Shown: one piece after another, positions 40,255 to 53,360 of the stretch | Layout: each line of letters opens with the position of its first letter | Numbering within the stretch: position 1 is the stretch's first letter | Origin: the human T2T-CHM13v2.0 reference genome, Homo sapiens | Direction: 5' to 3' (one strand) | Assembly (NCBI RefSeq): GCF_009914755.1 | Contig: NC_060926.1 | DNA: 64,000 nt | The notes under the pieces: model-generated | The model's database searches: none | What the model was told of the DNA's origin: nothing | Seen by the model: only the letters and a program-made list of their open reading frames with translations | Position numbers and translations under genes: made by a program

Positions 40255-41130
40255 TTATAGAATGAGAGTTCCAAATACCTTTCATTCAGCTTTCCTCCTG
40301 TTAATAATTAAATAACCATTAGGCAGTTATCAAAACCAAGAAAGTAACACTGATAATAAACTGTTGACTAAAGTATACACTTTATTTTGTTTTACCAGTT
40401 TTCAACTAATGTCCTTTTTCTATTGCAGGATCTAACCCAGCTCCCACATTGCATTAAACTGCCATGTTTCCTTTGTCCCTTCAGATGTGTCTTTTTTTGT
40501 AATTCGTGTAGTTAACACTTTTGAAGAATACTGGCCATTTTGTAAAATGTCCCTCAATTTTGGTTTGTCGTAGTTAGATGGAACTTATGGATTTTTGTTG
40601 AGAATATGAATACCAAAGAAGTGAAGAGCCTTTCTTAGCATGAAGGTTCATGAAGTCAATATTTTTTATTACTGGTGACATTTAACTTGATCACTTAAGG
40701 TGATCTGCTGAGTTTTTCTGAAGAAAGTTACTACTTTTACTTGGAGGAAATATTTTTAGACTACATAAATTACTAATCTCTACTGAAAACTTTTTCGCAC
40801 TTATTTTGGTATCTATTAGGGAATCCCGACTTCAACAATTTTTACATTGGGATTCTAACGATGAATTCCTATTTCCATCATCCTTCTACATTATTAATTG
40901 TAATTTTTCTGTATGGGTGAGCTGTCTCTGCTTCCCTATTTATCTATCTGTATATCTTTCTTTCTATCTGTTCAGTTACTTGTTTATATCTCTATGGGTT
41001 CATAGATGTTTATTTTACTCTTTTGGTTATAATCAAATGACATATCTATTAGTTTTGTTGCTCAATTTGATCTAGTTCTGGCCCTTGGAAGTTTTTTCGG
41101 ATTAGCTCTTACGCTCCTTTGTCATGCTTC
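40255..41130 (-). mobile_element. Old L1M (L1MC-like) 3' region
   Basis: L1MC-like motifs actaatgtcctttttctattgcaggatc...ccacattgcatt and ggtgacatttaacttgatcact; boundaries approximate. Confidence 0.6.
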
Positions 41131-41135
41131 TCTCT

Positions 41136-41365
41136 CAGGGGTCAATAAAGTATGCCCTACAGGTAAAATGTGTCCACTACTATCTATCTAATATTGTAAA
41201 TAAAGATTTATTGGATCACAGCCACACCCATTCATTTTCCTATTAGCTATTGTTGCTTTTGAGCTATAATGGCAGAATTGAGTAATTGTGACCATGTGGT
41301 TCTCAAAGCCAAAGATATTTAATATTTGGCCTTCTATGATGAAAATTTCTTGATCTTTGCTCTAG
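41136..41365. mobile_element. MER58A-like hAT-Charlie DNA transposon relic
   Basis: caggggtcaataaagtatg...tgtaaataaagatttattggatcacagccacacccattcattt...tgatctttgctctag. Confidence 0.75.
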
Positions 41366-41742
41366 GCGAATTTTCTTTTTTTAAATTATGAACTTTGAAT
41401 AGTGCCCAAAATGTATTTAATTGTTATATCTGAGGTACTTTAGAATTCAGATTCTTGAATGTATATTTTTCCTATATTCTCCTAACTTCATTAGTTGTAA
41501 TAATTTTGATGCTAGACATTTATTATTTTGTTTGAAGAAAACAAAATGGATTATCAGTATTCTATTGAGTTTAAAATACTAAATCATACAGAATAAGAAA
41601 ATAATGGTGAGACAAAGTTGAAAAATTATCTAGTAAGAGGAGCGAAAGAGAAAAATTGTCCTCTTGCATGATATGTTTTAAAGTTTCCTAAATACATGCA
41701 AAGGCCTTTATTAACTTCTTCCCATAATAATGAACGGTAATA

Positions 41743-42322
41743 TGGTAGTCTCCTCTTATTCTACAGTTTCAGTTACCCACAGTCGAATGCAGTCTGAAAA
41801 TATTAAATGGAAAATTTTAGAAATAAGCAATTCATGCCATTTCAGTAAATGGCATGCAATTTAAATAATAAAGTTTTAAATTGCATGCCATTCTGAGTAG
41901 CAAGATAAAATCTCTGGCCATCCCACTCTGTCCCTCATGACACATGAATCATCCCGTTTTCTAGTGTATCCACATTATATAGTCGGTTAGTCACTTATAA
42001 GTAGCCACCTGGGTTATCAAATCAACAGATCACAAGAAGAAGGGTGAGTATAGTACAATAAGAAATTTTGGGACAAGGAGAGAGAGAGGAAGAGGCCACA
42101 TTCGCAGAACTTTTATTATGGCATATTGTTACGATTGTTCTATTTTATTACTAGTTATTGTCACTAATCTCTTATCATGTCTAATTTATACATTAAATTT
42201 TATCATAGGGATATATGTATAGGGAAACACATAGTATATATAGGTTTTGGTACTATCTGTGATTTCTGGCATCCAATGAGAGTCTTGGAATGTATTCCTC
42301 AATGGATACAGGGGGATTATTG
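41743..42322. mobile_element. MER44-like TcMar-Tigger DNA transposon relic
   Basis: Degenerate TIRs tggtagtctcctcttat / atacagggggattattg with flanking TA dinucleotides; internal gtttcagttacccacagtc. Confidence 0.75.
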
Positions 42323-43163
42323 TACTTTCCAGAGATGTTATATTGATAGCAATTTTTATCTTTATGATATTGGACACAGTTATTTCACCATCCCACTTCA
42401 CAATCATGAGATGATTCACTGAGAGACCTTTCCAAATGAAACTCTGAAACCATGCATTTTGGTTTTAAGGATATTCATTATGTAATGCCCCAATGTTATA
42501 ATTATATCAAGCATAGTATCAGTGCTTAAAATAAATTTATTAGAAGGATAATGGCATTCTTATGATCCTATTTTGGAGAACAATTGTTTTAAACTGGAAG
42601 TACAAAAGTTGGTCCTATTCTGTGAAAAAAAAATTATCTGAGCTAGTAAAGGCTACACCCAGAGGGCTATGTCAGTGGTTAGAAGGTTATTAGCAGGTTA
42701 GTAAAGGGCAGCCACATTTCATTGGAAGCATGTTTAATTAGGGGAGGAGGAGGTTTCTCCTCATATGTTCATTACACAGACTTTATTTTTTCCTCTAATA
42801 TCTCAATATCCTCAAAGATCACCTAGAGCAGAGGTTCTGAATTCTAGGTAAATGGGCCTAAGGATGCAACCCTTAAACATAACATACATAATTTTGTATA
42901 CAAATGTAGATAGATGTGTATTTTTCTAAAGATAGAATGTTCTACTTTATTGGATTCCTATGGAGGCAGAGATTCAAAGGAAGTTAAGAAAAACTGATCT
43001 AGATTAATGTCTAAAACTAAATACAGTTACCTAAGCTTTATACTCTACATAGGACCTTGACACCAGTGTATGATATTTTATCCTTTTTGATACTCTGCCT
43101 CCTCTTGACGGCACTTTCATTTGTTTATTAGAAGTTAAGTGACATTAAAACCAACTTATTCCT

Positions 43164-43528
<365 letters not shown>

Positions 43529-45293
43529 TCAAATAATGACATTAAAGCTGAGAAGGAACAAATCACATAGTACAGTTTTAAAAATTGTTCATCATACACC
43601 AAAATACTAGCTATTATGTATTATCATTATAAAAATATATAAATAAATATGTCTGTGCTATTTAATAAAAGCTCCTGAAGATATAAGAACTCAGAGTGTT
43701 TGAGAAAGTATTACGAGAAAGGCTTGTCATTGAGTTGGGAATGTGACTTCTTCTTCCATTAAAGTCAGCTATTTATAAACTATAAACTATATGATAAAAC
43801 AAAGATACTTTTAGGTAATAGTCAAATTATAAAAGCGACTGTTATAAAATATAAATATTAAAATCAACCAAATACTTGTAAATACCATCTGAAGTTTCCT
43901 AAAAACCTAATACTCTTTAATATGTCATTTTTTCCGGCCTTCAGTGCTTAGCTATTCCTATAACTTGTTTCCACCTCATTTCCTAAAAGCTAGATTTCTG
44001 CATTGTAGTGACAATTAATTTTTTATATCTGACATGATTAATTCATTTTTTGTAACCAGTAGTTAGATTCATTAACCTGATTACCCGTATCTTTGGTGAA
44101 AAGTCCTTCAAGACAATCTCAGCCAATATCTTTAGCCACACTTATTTAAAATCATGATAATGCTATTCTCTGTTTAACGTGACTACTTTTCAGGAGTGAG
44201 ACCAGTATAACCCTTCATTATGATAAGAACTTAAATTGCTAAACAAATTGTATGTTGGAAACAATAATGGCAGACAAGAAGTTAAAGGGGGAAATTTTAT
44301 GAAATTTTATGAAGGGCTGCTATTTGTATATTACAACATAAGATATACTTGGCAAAAGTTCTTAAACACAGTAATGATTAATAAACATTTCTCAATTTGA
44401 TTTGATGGGTTGGTTTCTAAGTAATTTGTTTTCAGAATCTGAGAACTTTTAAAAGTAAAAAGTTCATTAAAAACTCGCAAAACAGAATAAATTTTTATTG
44501 ATTAAATGTTTCAAAATATATTTAACTCATTTTTAAATAAGCTTAAGTTTAGCTTCAAATACGTAGGAAACTCATGAGTTGCTATCCTACTTTATTGAGC
44601 TCTTGTTTTCTGATAGTGATAATAAAGGCACCTATCCTCCCCACACAGTTGCAAAAAGGATTAACTTAAGTGAGAGACAAAAAAGTACTAGGAGAAATCG
44701 GGAAAGAAGAGGTTTGACTTACATGTCTCTATGTCATTCCCAATAGTATCCAAATAGCAGATACCCAACACGTATCTGAAGAAATTAATTTCTCAGATTA
44801 TTTCAATTTTGTCAGCAATAAACATTTAATAATGCATTTGTTTTGGGGGCAAAAAATCAGCATATTCTGAAAGCAGAAAAAAAGGGCCTGTTTGGGTTTC
44901 ACTGAGCTTTCAGAATTGCCTGGACAATTATCAAATTGGCCCTGCGATACTCTGTATGTTAGCTTCTACTACAAGAGAACTTTATGAAAGTCACTGATAG
45001 GTCTCATTGACAAGTTTCCTGGGATGGAACAAAGAACATTTCCATAACTACATAGCAATAATGGAACAAAAATGGCAACTTACAGACAAACTACAAGATT
45101 TCAATTTAAGGAATGAAGCAGTTAAGCCTAGTTGATATAATATCCTTTACTTCTGTTTTACCACAACTCTTAGAAAACATCTGCATTATCTGTTTGCCAA
45201 CCTGTGTAGTTTAAATGATGCCAAAACCCATCAAACCATCAGAGAATCTTGCTCTCTCTTTTAACAGAAAATAAAAAAATGCTAACATGGTTG

Positions 45294-46628
45294 TGTGTCC
45301 AGAATTGGTGGGTTCTTGGTCTCACTGACTTCAAGAATGAAGCCTCGGACCCTAGCGCTGAGTGTTATAGTTCTTAAAGGCAGTGTGGACCCAAAGAGTG
45401 AGCAGCAGCAAGATTTATTGCAAACAGCAAAAGAACAAGGCTTCCACAACACGCAAGACGACCCCAGCAGGTGGCCAGGGCTGGCTCGGGCAGCCTGCTT
45501 TTATTCTCTTATCTGGCCCCACCCACATCCTGCTGATCGGTCCATTTTACAGAGAGCCGATTGGTCTGTTTTTCAGAGAGCTGACTGGTCCGTTTTGAGA
45601 GGGTGCTGATTGGTACGTTTACAATCCCTGAGCTAGACACAAACGTTCTCCACCTCCCCACTAGATAAGCTAGATACAGAGTGCTGATTGGTGTATTTAC
45701 AAACCCTGAGCTAGATACAGAGTGCTGATTGGTGTATTCACAATCCCTTAGGTAGACATAAAGGTTCTCCAAGTCCGCACCAGATCAGCTAGACACAGAG
45801 CGCAGATTGGTGCATTTACAAACCTTGAGCTAGATAGAGTGCCGATTGGTGTATTCACAATCCCTTAGCTAGACATAAAGATTCTCCAAGTCCCCACCAG
45901 ATTAGTTAGATACAGAGTGCAGATTGGTGCATCCACAAACCCTGAGCTAGACACAAGGTGCTGATTGCTGTGTTTACAATCCCTTGGCTAGACATAAAGG
46001 TTCTCCAAGTCCCCACCAAACTCAGGAGCCCAGCTGGCTTCACCCAGCGTATCCCACACGGGGCGGCAGATGGAGCTGCCTGCCAGTCCGGCGCCATGCC
46101 CTTGCGCGGTGGATGAGACTGGGTGCCGCGGAGCAGGGGGCCGCACAGGAGCCCGTGGCGGGGGGACACTGGGGAGGGGAGGCTCAGGCATGGCGGACTG
46201 CAGGTTCCGAGCCCTGCCCCGCAGGGAGGCAGCTAAAGCCCAGTGAGAAATCGAGTGCAGTGCCGGTGGGCCGGCACTGATGGGGGACCCTGCGCACTCT
46301 CTGCATCTGCTGGCCCTGGTGCTAAGCCCATCACTGCCGGGGCCCACAGGGCCGGCCGGCCGCTGCAAGTGCAGGGCCCACCAAGCCCACGCTCACCAGG
46401 AACTCTAGGTGGCCTGCAAGCGCCGCACGCAGCCCCGGTTCCCGCCCGTGCCTCTCCCTCCACACCCCCCGCAGGCTGAGGGAACCGGCTCTGGCCTTGG
46501 CCATCCCAGGAAGGGGCTCCCACAGTGCAGTGGCAGGCTGAAGGGCTCCTCAAGCGTGGCTGAATGGGCGCCGAGGCCGAGGAGGCACCGAGAGCGAGGG
46601 AGGGCTGCTAGCACGCTGTCACCTTTTA
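45294..46628 (-). mobile_element. LTR12 (ERV9) solo LTR, 1335 bp, in the same orientation as NRXN1
   Basis: The minus strand begins taaaaggtgacagcgtgct and ends aacccaccaattctggacaca; 4-bp TSD gttg (45290-45293, 46629-46632). GC/CpG-rich 5' part; tandem CCAAT-containing repeats at about 45530-46020. Confidence 0.95.
45495..45930 (-). promoter_or_regulatory. LTR12 U3 promoter/enhancer motifs: seven CCAAT boxes, a GATA site and a TATA-like AATAAAAG
   Basis: Seven intact attgg on the + strand between 45560 and 45930; the minus strand reads ggggccAGATAAgagAATAAAAgcaggctgcccgagcc. Activity itself is not shown by the sequence. Confidence 0.7.
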
Positions 46629-48659
46629 GTTGCCTTACAGTAACTGTAAAAATTCTGATATTTAAAAAATCCAAGTCATTGATAAAGTAAGAACAAGTGA
46701 GAAGTCTGATAATATATCATTTCTTTCCATCTCCTTGGACACAATTTCTCAGAAGCTAAGCTTAGAATTTTAGGAAGACACATTCAATATACTACTTAAT
46801 AAAAAAGTTCATTATGTTTCATCATTTGGAATAACCTCAAATTCCCAGCAAAATTGAACACTGTGAAAAAAGATAATTAAACAGGAAAAGTCAGAGTTTT
46901 AGACACTTGATTAATTTACTCAGCTACTGTATTTGTGGCTTCAGATTTCTCAGAGTAAGATTTATTACAGAAAGTTAGTATTAGTAAACATTTAATGATT
47001 TCCAATGGAAACCAAACATTTATATATTGAAATAAATATTCATCTATGCATGTAAGTATATTTTGGCTAAAAACCACCAGAAAAAAAATGCTTTGACCTA
47101 GAAGTTTAAGGAGGGATGTTGATTTATTCAACAACTATTTATTAAGCACCTTCTGTGTGTCACACCCTGATTATTACGTCTTTTGTTAGACTCTACTCAA
47201 AATTGGTTATTTAAACAATAATTCAGATATTCCATATGGTTTATCAGTTTCCACAAGACTTATATTTTCACTATTTTACTTTTAGAGGAAGGAAAAAAAT
47301 TAGTCAAACATTTCCCATATCTATACATTTAATGAGAACATGGGCAAGTCTTCTTTTAACAAACTTTTTCTCCCAAATGATTCTTAAGTATTCTAATGTT
47401 CTAATGGTCCATAATAATTTACTTAATTTGCTAATAAAGTTTCTCTAGTAAAGTTAGAAAATAATTAGTGCTTACTAACGAGTATTATTGATTCAAAACT
47501 TTAGTGAAAACAAAATATGGTTATTATAAGATAAATTATAATTTATCATATAAATTATAAATAACTATGGTTATTATAAGAAAATTTTTTTTATGTGTTA
47601 CTATGTTTAAATACCCATAAGATAGTCTTGTGTGTATATGTGTTTGTGTGGGTCAGCAGAAATAGCAGACTGTGACATCGACTGATACAGTTAGGATCAA
47701 TCATGTAAGTAATAACATTTAGTTATGAAGAATAGGCTATGCTATGTTTAAAGATGCATCTAATGATCTTTGTATATTTTACTTTATGTTTCCCAGACTT
47801 TATAAAGGAAGGTGCATAGCTTGTAGACAGCAGTCCCCAAGTGTAGTTTTTACTCTGCCACTAACGAGCATTGTGATCTTGAGCAAACCAGTTGGTCTCT
47901 TCAAGGTTCCATTTTGTTGTTTGATAAATGAAGGACGTGGAATAGAAGAACGTTGAAGTTCCTTCCCTCCTTCAAATGTAATGATCATGTAAGGTAGATT
48001 GCTTTAATTACATGATACTTTGAAAAATTAAATTAAACAAATATTAAAAAATCATTAAATTAACCAACACTTCAGTACCAACCCTGCAATCTCTAAATAA
48101 TAGAGTGACTTAAATAAATAATAAATTACTGATGACTTGAATTAAAAATAAACTAATCTTAGATTAAGCTACACTAAAGGTTTGGAATTTAGGGTAATAA
48201 TATGACTTCCTGAGCCCTGAAATATTTTACCAGATTTCATGGATGAAAACAGAGTTAAGGTTTAGATCTAATACTCATAAGCTCTTCCAGACAAATTGCA
48301 TGATCACGAGAAAAGATTTACACCATCTCTATGGAGTCTTAGAGCATTTCTCTCTTTCTCTCAGATCCTCTTATCCCTAAAGGATCTCTTTATCTTACCA
48401 CTCCAGACCACCATTTTCTATTTTCCTTAAACTTAACAGTAATCAAACTCGGCATTTTGAAAGTTAATACATTTTATCTGACATGTTCAGGTTTTCTGGA
48501 TCCTCCTTATCTCCCAATCAGACTAATCTGTTGGCAAACATGAATAATAATGTCTTTGACTTCTTTGTTCCTTCCTACAACTGGTTTCCATTTCATTGGT
48601 ACCTAATGCTGTCTGGTGACACACAGCAGCATTAGAACATTGAATAATTGCTGGTTAAA

Positions 48660-48689
48660 AGAGAGAGAGGGGGAGAAGCAGAGAAGAAT

Positions 48690-48720
<31 letters not shown>
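48660..48720. repeat. (GA)n purine-rich microsatellite
   Basis: Interrupted GA run, longest pure part about 48690-48716. Confidence 0.9.
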
Positions 48721-48721
<1 letters not shown>

Positions 48722-51342
48722 CGAAAATGCGGGCATGTCTCTCCTTCTATTAAGTTGTTCATTAGCTTTTACAGTGTATTTTGCATTCATCTTGTTTATT
48801 TTCTCACATTCTACTTTAGTACTTTATCTTTTGATACCTGGATTGGTTAGTAGTTTCCTAAATAGTTTGTCTGTCTCTATCATTTCCTGCTAATCCTTCC
48901 TAAATGAATGCATGCTTGAAAAGACCTAAATCTAATTTGCTACTGATTTCACAATCTTACTGCACCACTCACTTCAAAATGGTCTCTTCTTCCTTGGAAC
49001 GAGTTTTCCTTTTATATCTTATTCAGAAATTAGCCAAATATGATATGATAACTCTAGCACTTTCTCACATTTTATATTTCTAATCTTGAACTTTTTTTTG
49101 CCTATCTCTGTAACCAGACTGTAAATTTAGTATGTTACTTTTATGTAGTATATATCCTTTAAATATTTGTTGATTTAATATGTTAACTTGAGTATAAAAC
49201 GAACATTTGACCTTGTGTAGAGTGTAAAAGAAATCTTTTGACACACTGTGATAGGAAAACAAATTCAAAAGTTTATTATCAAAGATAACTGTGATTTATC
49301 TGAAGCAATCTTTAGTCGGGGTAAGCAAGATGATGTTAGGCTTTGTGAATTAATGTTATGAGAAAGAAAGTCTATTTTTGTGGAGAGAGAAAATTTTCCC
49401 GCATAACTGTAATTAGGGACAAATCAGAGATTAATGATGCATTATATTCTAGAGCTTTAACTGATAAGCACCAAGAAATGGCTTTCTCAACTTTAAATGG
49501 TTTGTAAAATATTATCTCTGTACTTTGCTCTCTATATAGAAAATAATGGATACTAGGTCTTCTATTCAGAAAATTCAATATTTATTCTAAAATGTAAACT
49601 GTTGAGTTACAGGAAGATTTCATATACTCAAAAAGAGCATAAAATCTACCTCTACTAATTAGTTTCTCTATGAAAGCCTTCCAGGCAATTACAGGGCAGT
49701 ACCATTGGTCAATGCTTTGGTTGCTTTTCATTAAAGGTATAGTGTTGCTACCAGATGAATTGCTTCATATAAAAGTACTTACCACAAAGACCTATAATGG
49801 AGGTTAAGTGCTATACTAATTACTAATTTCAATCCTTATTACCTATATTTTGCAGTACAGGCACTTTAAAGGAACCATATATAGTCTGCTGGTTCCCGCT
49901 TCTCTGAGTATAAGACTTGGTGGTAAAAGCTCTAATTTAGCTGTTCTTCTAATAAAAATAACCCCAAAAATTAATAAAAAGAGCCATACCACAAACTGAC
50001 ATAAAATACATATACTAGACTTTGCTACTGAACTCGTATTTACAATCACCGTGTCACAAAAACTTTAATCAAGGTGACACACTCTTCAAAATTTGTATTC
50101 AGCCATTATGGCACCGTTGCAGATGAAGTTCCAAGAGAAAAAGGTATTTGAAATTTTCATGGCTTATTTCCTACCTCAGCATCACACTGAAATGAACACA
50201 GAGCAGATGATTAATAAAACATTTGATGACAATGGTGACTCCCCTGAGTTCTTTATATATTGATCATTAACTTTTTATATGTATATATTGAAATTCTTCA
50301 TATGTGCTTTATTTTCTTGAGGGCCGACTCTGTGTTTTACCTTGCGTATATCCTTCAGAATAATTGCAACTTTGCCCACTCTTGGTTTATTTATATTTTC
50401 TAAAATACATCTTGGTAAAAGGGCATTTAAAATCTCTGATTAAATGTTGAAAGTTGTATCTGAAATAACTATATGTAAAGATTTGCTTCTTATTACGATA
50501 CTGCTCATTTCTATTTTTAAACATCTTTTACATTGTGTTTCTTATTCTGAACAATTATTTAATTGGCAAATAAGGTACTATATGTGTTAAACAAATATTA
50601 ATCTAGAAAAATATGTACAAATATTTTTTTCAAATAATTAATAAGTACTGCCTCAATCTCAGCTACCAGATTCAAATTGGACATTAGTCTGCTACAAGAA
50701 CACAGGAACCATATCTTTTTTGAACTATATTCAGTACATGGCATCTGGTATGTGCACAGTCAAATAAAATATAGTAAAATTGGGGCATATAGACATTTTT
50801 GAAAACATAAAATATTTACTAAAATGCAATGATGTTTGGCTAATATATCCTATATTTATTTTCTATCATCTATGCTTGGGTAAAGCATCCTGTATTTCTC
50901 TTTTACAGATACATTATGCATATTAATAAAGTCCAAGTATAGATATTTTAACTTAGCTTAACCCAGAATTTCCCAAACTAATGGGACTTTCCCTTTCTCA
51001 CCATAAGTAGTAATAAGCTCTAGGTAAAGATACCAGTTTGGAAATTGCTGATTAAGTGTTAAAAGTTACTAAATAAAGACATTTTCAAGAATTAACTATG
51101 AACACAAAACCATGCCTCAAGAGGCAAATGCCACACTGCAATAGTAACAGGATTTATCATTTTGCACGTTCAGGTCCACTGTTCACAGCTGACAACATCC
51201 CATGAGCAAAGCCTAGACCTTACCCTACTATATATTTTCATGGCATCCAGTGTGATGACTTTCTCTCAGCAAATAGGCAGTGATTAATCCATATTTTAGG
51301 AAAATTACCAATACACCTTTCTGTTATTTTATTAAGGTTTTA

Positions 51343-51667
<325 letters not shown>

Positions 51668-53188
51668 GTTAAATTGATAAAGAATAAAAATTGAAATTGC
51701 ACATTTATACTAGGATTTCAGATAATGCAATAATCTGGGATTAGCAGGGGCTATGTAACATTGCATGCATATTAAGTTACTTGGCTTTCAAATCTTCCAT
51801 TACTTCACCTTATTGTATATGGTTCACATAATTGTAGTGTAAAATTGTGGTAATTCCCAAGACATCGATTCAGCAAATATTTACTGAATGCCTACTATTT
51901 GCCAGTATTATAACAGGCACTGGACATATTAATTTCCTTGCTTCCTAACTTTGTCATAGAGCAGTTTTTTTATTACATTTAATTCAGCAAATATTGGCAG
52001 AGTACTAGGCTTGTGGAATAGGTTTGAACTAGGGCTTGAAGATTTAGAATTCTATAAACCAGAAAAGGTCCAGAAGGGTATTATAGACATTTCATTCCAC
52101 AATTGTGAGTCAGTACTTGGGATATTTGATATCAATTGAATACATTGGTTATGTCATTAAATTACTTCTTTCAAGAACCAAATAAGTCTGATAGAAGAAT
52201 TTAAATATAAATTTTGATTATTATTTTTATTGGGTAAAATAGAAATGTATTTTTATACTTTTTCTTTATACTGTGTTATAAATTGTGTGCTTTGCAAAAA
52301 ACATAGTTATATCTAAAAGGGGAAGAGAGAAATGAGACTGATGCTTTTAGTAATAGAGACGATAATGATTGCAGTAAAATATCTTTATACTTTTAATTTA
52401 TATATTACTTAAAAAGCATATTTGTTTTAAAATTGAGGATATATACAACCACAAGTAACATTGTTTAAAATTTCTAATCTACCACCTTTGTTTCAATAAC
52501 ATAATATTGATAAAACTCATTCACAATAAACAAGATAATTTTTATTTTATCAATAACGGCTTGACATTTATTTTATAGACTTAAAATGAGTAGTGCTAGT
52601 GTCAAAGAATCCTCATGAAACTCTATGGTTATATGAAAGTGAAAACAAACTTCTTTTATGTACATGTTCTTATAACTGCTGATTTATGCTACTATTGTTT
52701 TCTCACTAGTTCTCTACTTATCTCACGGGATCCCTACACTTTAATGTGTTTCAGCTGTGCACTACCATCTGAGGAAGCGTTAGGTCTTATTTTCTCTCAG
52801 AAAAAAAAAGTGTTATAATATTCTTTCCCTTAGTTTTAAATTTTAACTTTTTTACTTTTGACAAAGCCTTTCCTTTGTTTAAATGCAAGGATCCAGTAAA
52901 AAGAGCTTTGATATGTTGTGCTTTTTATGTGTGCATTTTTCTGATTTCATTGATGTCCTGAATTTTGAAAACGATAATGTACACCTTCACGTTCTCCTAT
53001 AAAATGGCATTTGTACACTGTAGCAAGAACAGTTTAGGACAGCATTACATTCACATGACTCTAAAGTCCAATAAATAGTTGATGGTTTCTCAGAAAACCA
53101 CAATTTGGTGAAACGGATGCAAAACAGTGCTTTTTCTTCCAGTTTGTTTTTCATAAAATCTTCCCCCGATACATATTCACTTGCTTAC

Positions 53189-53360
53189 CTGCAGGGTAGC
53201 GCTCGATCACTGGCCAGCTGTCCACCTGCAACGTGGCATTGCCACCACTCCTCGTGAAACGAACTACATGGTATTTCCCATCATTAATGATTGCATTGGA
53301 TTCTTCAATGGCGATGTCATCTGTCCCAACATTAAACTTAACTCCAATTTTTCCCTGGTG
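53189..53360 (-). CDS. NRXN1: NRXN1 coding exon, 172 nt, part of the LNS6 (laminin-G) domain shared by alpha- and beta-neurexin-1
   Basis: Acceptor tctcttacag/CACCAG, donor GCAG/gtaagc; phase 0 start, phase 1 end. Encodes [57 protein letters not shown](G), including the NAT N-glycosylation sequon. Confidence 0.97.

Noticed and set aside
45530-46020. Regularly spaced repeats superficially like a CRISPR array
   Set aside because: These are LTR12 U3 tandem enhancer repeats in a primate genome, without unique spacers or cas genes.
45295-46690. Cluster of overlapping ORFs and a CpG-island-like region
   Set aside because: Explained by the GC-rich LTR12; no coherent protein.
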